NCBI RefSeq assembly: GCF_964355755.1
Contig: NC_092677.1
Coordinates: forward strand, 6,656,101-6,720,100
DNA: 64,000 nucleotides
Direction: 5' to 3'
Origin: Antedon mediterranea
Taxonomy: Eukaryota > Animalia > Echinodermata
The notes below the pieces were generated by a model that saw nothing but the letters and a program-made list of their open reading frames with translations, was not told where the DNA came from and ran no database searches. The number at the start of each line of letters is the position of its first letter. Position 1 is the stretch's first letter. This document shows positions 63,743 through 64,000 of this stretch, piece after piece. The position numbers and the translations under genes were made by a program.

Positions 63743-64000
63743 TTTAACTCGTTAATAATAAATGTATTTTCACTGCAGTACAGTACTTCCAGTTCAGTGT
63801 TGTTTACTAAAGGGAACATTTCAAAATTATTCTAATGCAGTAACTACTTTCCTTTAATTTGACTGAAAAGCATACAATACAGTACAACTGCTTAGAAAAT
63901 TCCCACACAAGGCTTTGGAAAATTTGTTTTTTTACATGTTTGTATTATCGTTGATTAATAATTAACTATCACTATCATAAGTCTGGTCAGTCACAAAAAA

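Overview
AT-rich, intron-dense animal genomic DNA, probably an invertebrate deuterostome such as an echinoderm (inferred from gene and repeat style). Genes were reconstructed by hand from splice sites. Left to right: the first two coding exons of glycerol kinase (-); a secreted C-type lectin gene (-); a ~2 kb TIR element with a 7-bp TSD; three tandem single-Ig-domain genes (+) that appear to lack both a signal peptide and the canonical Ig disulfide; a complete SEL1L3 gene (+) with a duplicated, possibly mutually exclusive exon pair; a complete adhesion GPCR (+) with a PAN-PAN-EGF-discoidin-mucin-acidic-GAIN/GPS-7TM architecture; a complete TRAPPC4 (-); and the first coding exon of an unidentified membrane protein (+). 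Introns and spacers carry many non-autonomous elements: TTAA-flanked Kolobok-like MITEs, palindromic Harbinger-like MITEs, tRNA-derived and 5S-derived SINEs, and Rex1/RTE/L2 LINE remnants, several of them nested. The best novelty candidates are the Ig cluster, the GPCR architecture and the SEL1L3 exon pair. No database search was run, so all family assignments come from motif recognition.
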